This document shows positions 12,531 to 25,483 of a stretch of 64,000 nt of DNA, in pieces. A model generated the notes under the pieces. The model was given only the letters and a program-made list of their open reading frames with translations, searched no databases and was not told where the DNA came from. Source of the stretch: Corythoichthys intestinalis. Lineage: Eukaryota. The position numbers and the translations under genes were made by a program. Location: positions 15,849,094-15,913,093 of the forward strand of contig NC_080406.1 of the NCBI RefSeq assembly GCF_030265065.1, given 5' to 3'. Each line of letters starts with the position of its first letter. Within the stretch, counting starts at the first letter, position 1.

Positions 12531-13140
12531 CAGTGTTTTTCAACCGGTTTGCTGCGGCACACTAGTGTGCTGTGAGAGATCGTCAGGTGTTCCGCGAGAA
12601 ATTATCTAATGTCGCATATGTATATTTAAATATTGGAATGTCCGTAATTGTGCTGGCCCTTGAAGGGGCCATCAGACTGCAGAGTGGTGACGTAGCGGGA
12701 AGCAAGCAAGGAGGGAGGAAGAACGGCGTGCCGCTGTTACTTTAATTTTTTCCATTGTTGCTACAATAAAGTGGGAAAGTTATCACTGACTACTCTCCTC
12801 TCTATTTCCCCATTCAGGGCTATTACAATATTTTTTAATGTCGTCGGGCGGAGTTGCTGTAGGAAGGAGTAGGTAGAAACTTCTCGGTCGTGTGCAGATG
12901 AGCGCAGTTATGCTCGTGTCGCGTTCAAAAACTGCTCGGATTTCTAGCCATCGACGAACTTGTTGTCCGCGACAATGTGGACCCCAGCACGTCTATTGCA
13001 CATTATTTGGTTAGACTCGTCATGTGTTGATATACTCGGAAGTGTCCTTTCTATTATATCCATAAGTGACGACCGTCAATCCTCCCCCTGTGTTTTATTC
13101 CAACACATTGTCAAGGACAGCAAAATTCATTATGTTTCCA
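12531..13140 (+). mobile_element. 5' terminal fragment of a hAT (Charlie-like) element beginning CAGTGTTTTTCA; homologous to 43866-44230
   Basis: Aligns block by block with 43866-44230 (cagtgtttttca...gtgtgccgcgagaaatta...gtgtgcagatgagcg...gtcgcgttcaaaaactgctcggattt...caatgtggaccccagcacgtcta...ttccaacacattgtc.aggacagcaa). It replaces the remainder of the Tc1. Confidence 0.6.
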
Positions 13141-14574
13141 CTCTGCAGAAATGCCCGCCCTTAAACTTAAGCGTATGACCAGACTGAATTGTCATGTCTC
13201 TTCTACATGGCAAATGTCAGACTCGCTTTTTTCACCCGATTCCAATCTTCTGAAAAATGGCACGATCAGCATGATTTGCGATCACGTGATCGGATCGCGG
13301 ACATTCTTAAATGAGAGCCTTTCAAAAATGTTATCAAAAGCAAAGTGCCCAGTACATCAATTTCGAAAAATGTATTGTTAAAATGTGAAATGCCTGCAAC
13401 ACATGTCAGTTCTTTCAACTAAAATAGATTTAAATGGAGCAGAATTCTGAAAAATGACATCAGCGTTTAATGGTTCTCAGCAAGTGTTATTTTACAGCTG
13501 TAAAGATGATTGATGGATATTCTTGGAGGTTGTTAGTTTGACAATCAAATCTGACATCTTGACATTCAATGGCAGCAAAATAACATTTATATGTTTTGCA
13601 TTTTCACCTAATGTGAACATCAAGGCAAGGGAAAAAAATAAACTCATAGAATCAATTCATTTCTCACCACCTATTCTGTTCAGGGTCATAGGTGGGATGG
13701 ATTCTATTCCAATTGACATGGCGGATTTGCTAGTTTATCCGCGGACTTGGTCACTGGTCCATCACAGACAGTGTAGGGAAGCTACCTGAAAAATGTAGCA
13801 AGATAAATTGCTGGACAACATTAGAGCTATGCACAAGAGAAGAGTTTCTACTTAACATACAATGAACTTCCACTTAGATTTTGGTTAATTCTCAATTAAT
13901 AAACTCTGCTTAGTTAATTCTTTATTTTTTTGAGTAATTTTGAAACGTGATTGGAATGAACATGCATGAACAATAAAAGCTCAATTCCTGGATTGGGTGT
14001 GCTCTGCTCTGGCACGGTAGCCGAATCAAGGATGCATTCATTATTATGTGCGTCTTTCCACACAATGAATCCGCTGCGGAGCCGCTCCGGCGGTCGAATC
14101 CGAAGATATGCAAGCACTACTTTAGACAGACATCCCAGAAAAAACGCAATTCAGTGCAGCACGAGCAGCAACAGAAGTTGTATTTGGCTATAGAGTGAAA
14201 TGCCTTCTTAATTTTAAAATGAAGTAAATAAGTTAGAGGAACGGAGTGAATAAGTGCAGTATTTTCTGTCTTGCCATTACATGTGGAATATTTACAAATT
14301 ATATGAAAAAAAATCATGTCTTATTTAATGTACGGTAATAACTCATTCATTACGTTAGGTTGGTTCCAACACCAGCTGCGACGGGGATATCTGTGAAGTA
14401 GGGACACTGTTTCTGCGGGATCAATTTACGTATTTTTAGCACAATAAAGCGCACCTATTTGTTTGTTAAAAATCAAAACGTGGACACTCCGATGAAAACG
14501 GAAGTAGGTGCCGAAACGTCAGGTAATTGTAGACAAAATGAACTCAATACAATTGCTTTTAACATTTGAACACG

Positions 14575-16138
14575 GCAAGGCAAGGCAAGGCAAATTTATT
14601 TATATAGCACAATTCAACACAAGGCAATTCAAAGTGCTTTACATCACATGACGATCATAAAAATTACATTTAAATCAATGCAACGTAAAAACCAAGACAA
14701 TCAAAATCGGAAATAAAATTATACATAAAGATCGCATTTAATCACAAATAGAATAAAAATAAATAAATAAAAATAAAACAAAAACTACTACTCCTAATAA
14801 TAATTGAAATCAGCAAAGGAGATAAGCACAAGAGGAATAGAAAGCAAGTAGATTGACATATATAGACAGTTATGGATATGCAGTGCTAAACAAAAGCGTT
14901 TTTAGCCCTGATTTAAAAGAGCTAACAGTTTGAGCATACTTCAGACGTTCAGGTAACTTGTTCCAGAGGTGAGGAGCATAATAACTAAATGCTGCCTCAC
15001 CCTGCTTGGTTCTTGTTCTTGGAACATGCAGAAGACCGGTTCCAGACGACCTTAGGGGTCTAGATGTCTCATAGGAATCTAACAAGTCAAGCATGTATTT
15101 TGGTCCAAGACCATTAAGTGTTTTGTAGATGAGCAGTAGTATTTTATAGTCTATCCTTTGACTCACTGGAAGCCAGTGTAGCGATTTCAAAACCGATGTA
15201 ATGTGGTCCAGTTTCCTTGTATTTGTGAGGACTCTGGCTGCAGCATTCTGTACTAGCTGCAGCTTCCTGACTGATTTTTTTTTTATCAAGACCTGTAAAT
15301 ATACCGTTGCAATAGTCCAATCTGCTGAAAATGAATGCATGCATAAGTTTTTCCATGTCTTGTCGAGTCAGAAGCCCCTTAATTCTGGTTATATTTTTTA
15401 GGTGGTAATAAGCGGATTTAGTGACGGACTTAAGATGGCTATCAAATTTTAGGTCTGACTCTGAGTCAATAATTACGCCAATGTTTCTGACTTGATTTGT
15501 AGCTGTAAGTGACATTGTGCTAAGTTGCCTGCTTATCTTTGACCTTTCCTTTTTTGGCCCAAAAATGATCACCTCTGTGTTCTCCACATTTAACTGGAGA
15601 AAATTCTGACACATCCATTCATTGATTTGATGAATGCATTTACTCAGGGAGACTAAGGGACTATAATCATGTGGGGACACAGAAATGTACAGTTGTGTGT
15701 CATCTGCATAGGCGTGATAGGAGATGTCATACTGTTCCATTATCTGAGCTAACGGAAGCATATAGATGTTAAATAAGAGTGGTCCAAGAATTGACCCTTG
15801 AGGGACTCCACACGTGAATAAGGTTCGTTCTGACTGATGGTTTCTGATTGACACAAAGAAATCTCTATCATGTAGATAGGATGTGAACCACTGAAGAATA
15901 GTGTCAGTAAGCCCTACCCACTGTTCCAATCTGCTGAGTAGTATGTTGTGATCAACCGCGTCAAATGCGGCGCTGAGATCCAATAGTAACAGAACAGATA
16001 ATTTGTCTGCATCGGTATTCCAACAAATATCATTTAGGACTTTGATAAGCACGGTCTCGGTACTGTGTTGTGGCCGAAATCCAGACTGAAATGAGTTAAA
16101 AAGATTGTTTTGCATCATAAATCAATCAATCAATCAAA
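14575..16138 (-). mobile_element. L2/CR1-clade LINE, 5'-truncated copy A (RT C-terminal half plus 3' UTR)
   Basis: Minus-strand ORFs 15144-16118 (RT motifs LLLLDLSAAFDAVDH, GVPQGSILGPLLF, YADDTQLY) and 14870-15340 (C-terminal LQLVQNAAARVLT...HITSVLKSLHWLPV). The 3' end sits at ~14575, with a (GGCAA)n tail and the shared 3' motif aaatttatttatatag...caaagtgctttaca. Confidence 0.8.
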
Positions 16139-18330
16139 TTTATTTATATAGCCCTTTACAAAAACCCGAAAGGCCCTCAAAGTGCTTTACAACAAAACAT
16201 GGCTCAAGATAAATAAAAGGCAGGAAAATATTATACAATGACATTTAAAAAATAAAGTAAAACAAAGAGCGCATCACAATAAAAGTCCAGCAAGTAAAAC
16301 AATAAAACCGATAAAATCGAAAAACATTTAAAAAAAAGTCCTTAAGCTAATAAAACCAGGCTATCCTAATCTTTGTAAAAGGCGAGTCTAAAAAGGTGCG
16401 TTTTTAGCCGAGACTTAAAAAGACCTACATCCGTGGTGGTGCGGATTTTGGAGGGAAGGCTGTTCCACAGCCTGGGGGCAGCAACCGCAAAGGATCGGTC
16501 TCCCCACTGTTTAAGTTTTGACCTCTGAACATCTAAAAAAAGCTGGCCGGTCGAGCGAAGAGTTCTGCCAGAGTTACGAAAAGTTAAAATTTCCGATAGA
16601 TATGATGGAGCCTGGCCATAAATAGAATTAAAAACAAACAGTAAAAGTTTGAAATCAATTCTAAAATGGACTGGAAGCCAGTGGAGTGATGATAGCACGG
16701 GGGTAATATGCTCACGTCTAGGTGTACCTGTTAAAAATCGAGCAGCAGCATTTTGAACAAGTTGCAGCCGAGAAATCGAGGACTTGGGTAGGCCAACATA
16801 AAGTGCATTGCAGTAGTCCAGCCTTGAACTTATAAAAGCGTGAATTGCTTTTTCAAGGTCGTGGCGACTAAGAAAAGGCTTTACTTTGGCTAAGAGACGG
16901 AGCTGGAAAAAACTTGCTCTTACAACAGAACTAATCTGCTTTTCAAAGTTAAGCCTGCTATCGAATATCACTCCGAGATTTTTAACGTGCGTCTTAAAAA
17001 TGTCAGCCGGAGCACCAGAGTTGGGCTCAAGGGCTTTCATCATGGAAGGTGTGCCAAAAGTAATAAATTCAGTTTTGCTCTCGTTAAGGTGTAAAAAGTT
17101 TTGTGCAAGCCACTGCTTCACATCAGATATGCACTCCATCAATTTAGCAAGAGCAGTTTTTTTGTTAGGTCTCAGGGGCAGATAAAGCTGCAGGTCATCA
17201 GCATAAAAATGAAAAGTGATATTATGTTTTTTTATAATTGATCCTAAAGGTAGGAGATAAAGCGCAAAAAGAACAGGCCCTAAAATAGAGCCTTGCGGTA
17301 CCCCGCAAGACAGAGAAGATTGTGAGGAGGAAAATTCCCCAATCATTACCGAGAATGTTCTATGTTGTAAATACGATTTAAACCATTTTAAAGCGTTACC
17401 ACGGATACCTATGAAATGTTCTAAACGAGATACAAGGACTGAATGGTCAACTGTATCGAATGCTGCTAAAAGTCTGGATCTGTTCGAACACAACCCTTTC
17501 GATAATTTTCCACAGGAATGTCAGATTTGATATTGGCCTGTAATTGCTAATGGTTGAGGCATCCAGATTAGGTTTTTTTAGGAGAGGTTTTATTACTGCA
17601 GTTTTTAAAGTCTGTGGAAACTCTCCTGTTTGGAGAGAAGTATTTATTATGTCATGTCTGAAGTATGTCTGGGGCTATGCAATGAAAAACAGTTTTGAAA
17701 AAGTTTGAAGGAAGGATGTCAAGGCAGCATGTTGTGGGCTTTAATTTTGACACAATTTCTGTTAAAGTGGCATAGTCCAAGAGATTAAACTGTCTAAGAT
17801 TGACGTGGGGGACATTTTGGGAGGCGTTTAGTTTAACAATTGTTAATCTGGAGTTGCACACAGTCTGTCTAATCTTTAGTACTTTGTGTGTAAAGAATGC
17901 TGCGAAATCATTACAGGACACCTCAGATGCCAATTCCTGAGGTGCTGATGCTTGTGGGTTTGTCAGTTTGTCAACAACAGAAAATAGTGTGCGAGTATTG
18001 TTGGTGTTTCTACTAATGATCTCTGAAAAATATGACTGTCTAGCATTTTTCAGTTCCTGGTTGTATTTGCGAAGAATTTCTTTGTAGATATCATAAAAAA
18101 CTAGGAGTTTGTTTTTTCGCCATCTGCGTTCTGCTCGTCTACAATCTTGCTTTTGTTTTAAAGCTAGTATGGCCTTTCTCCAGGGTGACCTCTTCTTTCT
18201 TGACAAATTTTTTGTCTTAATCGGGGCAATAGTGTCAATTACAGTCATCACACTGGAACTGAAACTATTTACAAGTTCTTCCACTGGAGCTGTTGTAGGG
18301 GTTAATAGTGAGGCATAAGCCTGTGTGAAT
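16120..18330 (-). mobile_element. L2/CR1-clade LINE, copy B, in tandem with copy A (pre-RT region and RT)
   Basis: Minus-strand ORFs 16366-17493 (AAFDTVDH, GVPQGSILGPVLF, YADDLQLY, LQLVQNAAARFLT) and 17652-18284. The 3' end is at ~16120 with (TTGA)n/caatcaatcaa and the same 3' motif as copy A. Confidence 0.8.
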
Positions 18331-18779
18331 GACGCACAAGTGTTGAACAGATAAAATAATGTTTGTTTTCAGATTTGTCATATATATACAGTGCATTTTT
18401 ATAAATCCGACGAAGTCGTGAATCCGCCATTGTCAAACCTCAAAGTAAGCAGGAATTACTGAAATTGATGAAATATGTATTATGCATGTACTGTAATACT
18501 TTTAAGAAATTCTGTTGAGAGAGAATGAACTATCTGGCTTTGAGAAGAAGCAAACTTTTAACATTTGTGTTACCACGTGTTAAAACAACAAAGTAATCTG
18601 TGCATTCAGTGATTTTAAGGACTATGTTTGTTTTATTTTAATGTATCATGTATGTGCCACTGCACCTATTTTCTATAATACTTGCAAAATTTTAGTTTTA
18701 CTGATTATTCAACTAAAGTTACTCAAGTTAAAGTTTGATTTTACACATCTACCAAGGATGTTGTATGTGCAGTTCCTGT

Positions 18780-19085
18780 CATATATTCTTTTGAATTCCC
18801 AAAATATCCAAGTTTCATATTATACAAATTTACTAAGGATCGCATATGTGGTCTGTGTGTCACATGCTTTACATACAAGTTCCAGATGAAACATACAGTA
18901 TAACAAATTTATAAATTTTATATATTTTTTTTCCATATGGGGTGTGTTCCCAAATTATACAGGTTTCATATCGTACAAATTTACTAAGAATCATATATGT
19001 GGTTTGATAGTCATATACTTTACACACAAGTTCCATATAAAACATTTATGAAATTTATAAATTTGATATATCTTTTCCATTTCCT
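18780..19085. repeat. Tandem duplication, 2 x ~150 bp
   Basis: ...ccaaaat(a)tMcaRgtttcatatYRtacaaatttactaagRatcRYatatgtggtYtg...ctttacaYacaagttccaRatRaaacat... occurs twice in succession. Confidence 0.7.
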
Positions 19086-19402
19086 TTTCTTTTAGCACCT
19101 TTCCACCTTCTTAAGGTATTCAAAGCGCTTCACATTATATCTTCATCAACCTACTGGGGACGCAGCACCAGGAGCAACGTGCGGTTCAGTATCTTGCTCA
19201 AGGAAACTTAGACAAGTTCATCAAGGCGGAAAATCGAGCCTACAACCTCCGGGTGGGGCAGCGACTACTCTACCACAGATAGTTGAAGTGTTCTTCATTC
19301 CAGTTCAGCATTCCAATTTAGAGCCTTAGCTGTATGGAACAGATGATTGAAATGTTGTACTATATTTACCCTCAATCTTTGAAATGCACTGATTCTCTAG
19401 AT

Positions 19403-21683
19403 CAGGGGTGGGCAAACAAGTCCTCAGGGGCCGTAGTGGCTTCTGGTCTCTGCTCCAACTGATCCAGCACAAACAGTTTAACCCGGAGGTCAGCAATCAG
19501 TGTTGTGAAAGCCGCATGCGGCTCTTTAGCGCTGCCCTAGTGGCTCCCTGGAGCCTTTTCAAAAACGTTTGAAAATTGAAAAAGATAAGGGAGGGAAATA
19601 TACTAGTATTTTTTGTTTTGATATGGTTTCTGTAGGAGGACAAAGATGACACAAACATTTTTAATGTTTTCCAATGCCGTAAAAATGTGTAGAAAAAATA
19701 TTAAATTTCAATATTTCTGTCATTGAAGATTTGCGCCATAGCCTGCGACACACGTTTCTATCAGCAGGGCGAGATGCCAGGCAGGTGGGTATTGTAAACA
19801 AACCGGCGGCTGTGTGATGGTCCATGGATCCGAAAGGGAAAAGAGAAAAATAACTGAGGAGAACAGAGGATTCTGCGTTTCTTGGACTGAATCATTTGCA
19901 TTCACTGCCAATGCGGAGGGATTGCCTGAATGTTTACTTTGTGGAGAGAAGTTGTCAAAAAACAAAAAGAGCAAGGGGAAGGCATGCTACATTTGAAGCC
20001 GAGTTCCCAGTCGGGAGTGAGAGAAAAAGTGGGATTACATTACTACTGAAGAACTTAGAGGAGCACAAAAATAGATTTAAGAAGTAGTTTGCACTGCCAA
20101 ACTCCACTACTGCTGCAAGTTTTGTTGCAACCCGGGAGATAATAAAGCACGGGAAACGGTTCACAAATGGTGGGTACATGAAGGAGACATTCATCAACAT
20201 ATCAGAACACCTATTTGCAGACTTCAAAAACAAAACCGAGATAATAAAGAATATCAAAGACATGCCCAGATAAGGGGCCTGTTATGCATGTTCCATTTTG
20301 TTGATTTTAAAAACCTCAAAATAAAAATGACATCAAAAATAGGATTTCTTTATTGCACTTCTTTAATTTCATATGAACAATGAAACAACTCAATAATATA
20401 GTAATGAAGTTAAACATGGTGGCATCATACATCAGTCACGTGGTGCGTCGGATGCTCTGCAGGGAAAACAAAAATTATGAAGGCTTATTATGTACCGTAA
20501 TTTTCGGACTATAAGCCGCTACTTTTTTCCTTCATTTTAAATCATGCGGCTTATAGTCCAGTGCGGCTTATCTGTTGATTTATTTGGGTTAATAGGTGAC
20601 ACTTCATTTGACAGCAGCGTCATAAGACTGTCATAATTATGATATGACACTATCATGGGCATTACTGAATGCCTGTGTCATTAAGTGTCATCCAGCAAAT
20701 TATGTCACTAACCCCATATATGTCCAGCATGGATCTTTTACATCCATTCAAAAGTGAAATAATTTGCCGGATAACACTAAATAACGTCTGTTATAAGCAT
20801 TCATTAATGCTTATAACAGTTTCATGTCATAATTATGATTGTCTAATGACAGTCTTATGGCACCACTGTCAAATAAAGTGTTACCAAATACTATAACTAG
20901 CAGTTAATGAAACAAGCGAAACAGTCACTGAAAAAATAATTACCACAGAACATGAATTTTGATTTGTTATTTACATCTATAGCGCTGCAATGCATGTTAG
21001 GAGGCATGTTGGACAACAACAGCGTTGACAGCAGATGGCAGCAGAGGTTGACTGTCTACCCCAAGGGAGCAGTGATGGCCATATGAAGCGTCTTGAAGCA
21101 ATAAATTATTGCAGCCAATTGGTTCAAAGCTTCATGGTGGTTCATTTGGTCTTACGACAGTCATATGATGCCACTGTTAAATAGTGTTACCGGTTAATAT
21201 CTTTTGGTGTAAATATCCCATAATACACTGAGGACAGTTGCGGCTTATAGTCCAGTGCGGCTTATCTCTGAAAAAATGCAGTTTTCGTGCCAAATTCGGT
21301 GGGTGGCGGCTTATAGTTAGGTGCGCCTTATAGTGCGAAAATTATGGTATTTTTAGCCAAGTTAGTCATTTTGATAGTACGCTAATAAAGCTAATAAAGA
21401 TACATGTGTTGCCTTCATTATTAGGCTTATTTAAGGCTTTTATTTTTTGCAGCTCCAGACATATTTGTTTTTGTGTTTTTGGTCCAATATGGCTCTTTCA
21501 ACATTTTGGGTTGCCGACCCCTGGTTTAACCAATGACGGTTCTGCTGAAACAAGAAGATCCTGACTGCGATCAAGTGATTACACTTGCAAGACACTAGAT
21601 TGGTTAAAAGGTTTCCTCCTGATGGGTTGGAAAAGAAATCCGCACCCACTGCAGACCTTAGTGGAATAATTTGCCCACCCCTG
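19403..21683 (+). mobile_element. hAT-superfamily element, internally deleted Charlie-like, with a perfect 8-bp TSD (CTCTAGAT)
   Basis: Termini CAGGGGTGGGCAAAC (19403) and GTTTGCCCACCCCTG (21669-21683). CTCTAGAT occurs at 19395-19402 and at 21684-21691. An internal ORF fragment (19814-19996) carries a BED-like motif FCVSWTESFAFT...PECLLCGEKLSKNKK, as found at hAT transposase N-termini. Confidence 0.8.
20494..21351. mobile_element. TIR element nested inside the hAT: ends taccgtaattttcggactataagccgc / gcggcttatagt...cgaaaattatggta; a ~300-bp internal palindrome at 20590-20890
   Basis: Inverted termini at 20494-20522 and 21310-21351, plus direct repeats ggcttatagtccagtgcggcttatc at 20536 and 21238. 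20590-20640 is the reverse complement of 20830-20890. No ORF. Confidence 0.55.
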
Positions 21684-22248
21684 CTCTAGATGTTGTACAA
21701 CTGTAAAGCATGTCAGCAAAACAAAAGTTTTCAGAATGGTTGTCTTTTTATCAGGCAAATATGTAGCTTCAGGCTTTGTTCCCAAAAACAGTTTTAAAAA
21801 ATTTTAGGGATTCTGATAATCTGTAGCAATGGAATAATAAACAGAATCAGATCAGCAAGCAAGTTTGCACGGTATGCCGACAAAATGAATTTCATTGTCG
21901 ATTTGGATCCCTACAAACTTCAACAAACTGGACTGATGATCAGATGGTACTTCCGAGCATGACTTTCTGTAAATCGATCTTTTCAATTATCTGATTATCC
22001 ACACATGCCCATTATGTTAACTAAAGGACATTCCAATTTACAAGGGGATGGAAGGATGCGACAGGCTTGTGTCAGGCTGGATTTGTGATGTGTGTTTATC
22101 TTTATCAATTGCGACCGGGAGGTCATGAGAAGAAAGGATCTTCACTCACAGACTCTTAAAGCCTAAATTACACCCTTGGATCAAAATATAATGTGCACAC
22201 TGTTCGTGCATTGCAGGTCTGGAGAGTGTTGTTTTCATGTGGCTTCAC

Positions 22249-22490
22249 TGTTGTTATGTGTCGTGGCTGCCACTAAACTAAGGAAAGTACCACTGTGACC
22301 CAGCAACGAGCCCACTGGATGCTTTCGACAGCCAAAACATCTGTGCTTTACTTCATCTAGTACATTAAATATGGTGTTGCTGCCACTAGACTAAAAGAAA
22401 GTGCCACTGTGACCCAGCAAGCAGTCCACTGAATGCTTCTGACACACAAAGCATCTGTGTTTTACTTTATCTTGTACATTAAAGAAGCAA
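22249..22490. repeat. Tandem duplication, 2 x ~125 bp
   Basis: gctgccactaRactaaRgaaagtRccactgtgacccagcaa...ccactgRatgcttYYgaca.ccaaaRcatctgtgYtttactt.atctWgtacattaaa occurs twice. Confidence 0.7.
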
Positions 22491-24360
22491 GTAGACGAAA
22501 AGATAGAGGCTGGTGATGAAGCTGCCATTTGACAGGAGTGTAAGAAATCACAAAGGGAAGTAACAGCCATTCCCACGCATATACTGTAGATATGCTTCAT
22601 TCTAAAAGGCAAGAAGCTTTTTTATAAAAGTCATAAGGAGAAAAAGTTTTATGGTTCATTTGAGTAGGTTTAGTCTGAAGTAGTGCTGCAATGACTCATA
22701 GATTAACTCGAGTAATTCGATTCGAAAAAAGCTTTGAATTAAATTGGGCTGCTTCAAGTATTCGTTTGATTTGAGTCGCGTTGTAATAGTTTGTTTTGAA
22801 AGTGTTTGCATTTAGTTATATTAATTTGGTTGGATACACTGCCTTCTGGTGGCACAGTGAATATGACACAACTCGTTTATCTCTTAAGACCAACATACGG
22901 TAAATGTTTGTTTAAGCTAATGTTTTTTTATGTATTCGTAATTTAGTTCATAGGTATATTTAGCCGTTTTAGGTGTTTGAACGATTTAAGAGCATTGTAA
23001 AAAAGGTTGGCACTTTATAGGGTTTAAGCTAGCGGACTTTTGCTATGCAAGTTAGCCAATTGGTCTCTTGTACACCTCAAATTCTCATTTATTTATTTTT
23101 ATTATACTGTTTGAGGCTAAGTTCAGGCATCTTAATTTATTTTTAAATGAAAGTAAATTCCTGCATAGTTTAAAGGAACACTCGGGAATTTTATTTTGTA
23201 TTCACATTTAATGTTCTTTTGAAAGTGCAATCTTAGCAAGTCTTTGTTTTACATCTCCTAAAATTTATTGTGCAACGCATTAAATGTTCCTCATCTGATT
23301 ACTCAATTATTCAAACTGAATGGGTGATAGATTATTCGACTACTAAAATAATCGATAGCTGCAGCCCTAGTCTGAAAACTTTGGTATTCAATTATGTTTC
23401 TTTTTGTGCTCTGCGTGTCAAACCAGCTGAACAGGACAGATTTCTAAATGAAGAAAAAGTTGCTTGCCATGCCACCCAAAAAAACTAACAATATAAACAT
23501 AATGTATACAAAACTTACAGTAATATTTATGTGAAGAGTAAAAAAACACAGAAAAAACAGACTTCCCTGCAATCAAAATACATTTTATGAAGAAAAAAAA
23601 ATACATTTGTTTACTTTGAATCACTTGTACTTAAATACACAGGGAATAATTAAGTTTTCTTATGGCTAAGGGAATAAGTGATGTGGTAAGGATTTGTTTT
23701 TTAATTTGAAACCTGGGCTTTTATTTTGAAACTACGCCGGAAGCTGAATAGCCGGAAGCATTGGCTAGATTTTAGTTTCGGTTCATACATACCTGACAAA
23801 AAGAGACATGACAGGTCTGTATAATTTTCTAAAGTTACTTTAATGAACTTTGTTAAATTGCTGTGTTCGAAAACCATGAACATTTTGTATATTTGCACTA
23901 AAATCAGCGTCACTTTCGTATATGCAATTGTCCGACATGTTTACTTCCTTACTTTTGGTGTCGGCCAGGATATACCTGTACTTGTTACGGGAGATAGCTT
24001 CTCTTTTTTTGGGCACATAAGAATGGATGACTATTAAGTTTCAGAGTAACCTTGCTATTTTACATTTTTGACATCTGTAATTCTCACTGTATTGCTATAC
24101 GTTGCTGACGAAACGCAACATTTTATTTTCATACTTCTGTGCGGAATTGTCTGGTAACCTTTTGAAAATGTTATTAGTTTAGGTTTTTTGTTTTGTTTGT
24201 TTGTTCCATGTGTTGATATTATTAACAATTTATCACCATAGGAGAAATAATCTTTATTTGAGGTAGGTATTCTAGGAAAAAATGTGTACAAACGAACTAC
24301 AGTACTAGGTGGTTAGAAATAAGGTAATGAATCCAACCACCGGCTCACCCCTTTAAAGCA

Positions 24361-24590
24361 GGGGTCTCCAAACCGGTCCTCAAGGGCCGCTGTGCGTCCT
24401 GGTTTTTGTTCCAACCGATCGAGCACCAACAGTTTAACCAGTTAAGTTTCTACTAAAACAAGCAGCACCTGACTGCAATCAACTGATTACACTTTTAAGA
24501 CACCAGATTGGTGCAAAAGTGTTGTCTTGTTTTGTTGGAATGAAATCCTGCGCCCACTACGGCCCTATGTGGAATAGTTTGGAGACCACT
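24361..24590. mobile_element. 230-bp MITE with TIRs GGGGTCTCCAAAC / GTTTGGAGACCAC, related to the hAT at 19403
   Basis: The termini are inverted repeats. The internal sequence (gtcctcaagggccgc...ccaaccgatcgagcaccaacagtttaacc) parallels 19418-19480 of the larger hAT. Flanks ttaaagca / taaaagct suggest a degraded 8-bp TSD. Confidence 0.6.
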
Positions 24591-24617
24591 AAAAGCTTAA
24601 ATGCTATAAAACTCTAC

Positions 24618-24625
<8 letters not shown>

Positions 24626-24645
<20 letters not shown>
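24626..24645 (+). repeat. Poly-G homopolymer (20 G) following poly-T
   Basis: Direct reading. Confidence 0.9.
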
Positions 24646-24648
<3 letters not shown>

Positions 24649-24764
24649 CAATGCTCTTAACAAATGGTGCAGACACATATTCCTACAAAAAACGGCAAAA
24701 AATACCTATAAACTAAATAACGAATGCATTAAAAAACCATAGTTTGGTGTAAAAGCAACACAGC

Positions 24765-25483
24765 TCATCACCCTGAACACACCATCCCCACTGTCAAACA
24801 TGGTGGTGGCAGCATCATGGTTTGGGCCTGCTTTTCTTCAGCAGGGACAGGGAAGATGGTTAAAATTGACGGGAAGATGGATGCAGCCAAATACAGGAAC
24901 ATTCTGGAAGAAAACCTGTTGGTATCTGCACAAGACCTGAGACTGGGACGGAGATTTATCTTCCAACAGGACAATGATCCAAAACATAAAGCCAAATCTA
25001 CAATGGAATGGTTCAAAAATAAACATATCCAGGTGTTAGAATGGCCAAGTCAAAGTCCAGACCTGAATCCAATCGAGAATCTGTGGAAAGAGCTGAAGAC
25101 TACTGTTCACAAACACTCTCCATCCAACCTCACTGAGCTCGAGCTGTTTTGCAAGGAAGAATGGGCAAGAATGTCAGTCTCTTGATGTGCAAAACTGATA
25201 GAAACATACCCCAAGCGACTTGCAGCTGTAATTGGAGCAAAAGGTGGTGCTACAAAGTATTAACGCAAGGGGGCCGAATAATATTGCACGCCCCACTTTT
25301 CAGTTTTTTATTTGTTAAAAAAGTTTAAATTATCCAATAAATGTTGTTCCACTTCACGATTGTGTCCCTCTTGTTGTTGATTCTTGACAAAAAAATAAAT
25401 TTCATATCTTTATGTTTGAAGCCTGAAATGTGGCGAAAGGTTGCAAGATTCAAGGGGGCCGAATACTTTTGCAAGGCACTGTA
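24765..25483 (+). mobile_element. Tc1/mariner family B, 3' fragment: transposase C-terminus (DDE region) plus right ITR
   Basis: ORF 24817-25185 encodes FQQDNDPKHKAKSTMEWFKNKHIQVLEWPSQSPDLNPIENLWKELK. The ITR ends ...caagggggccgaatacttttgcaaggcactgta at 25483. Confidence 0.8.
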
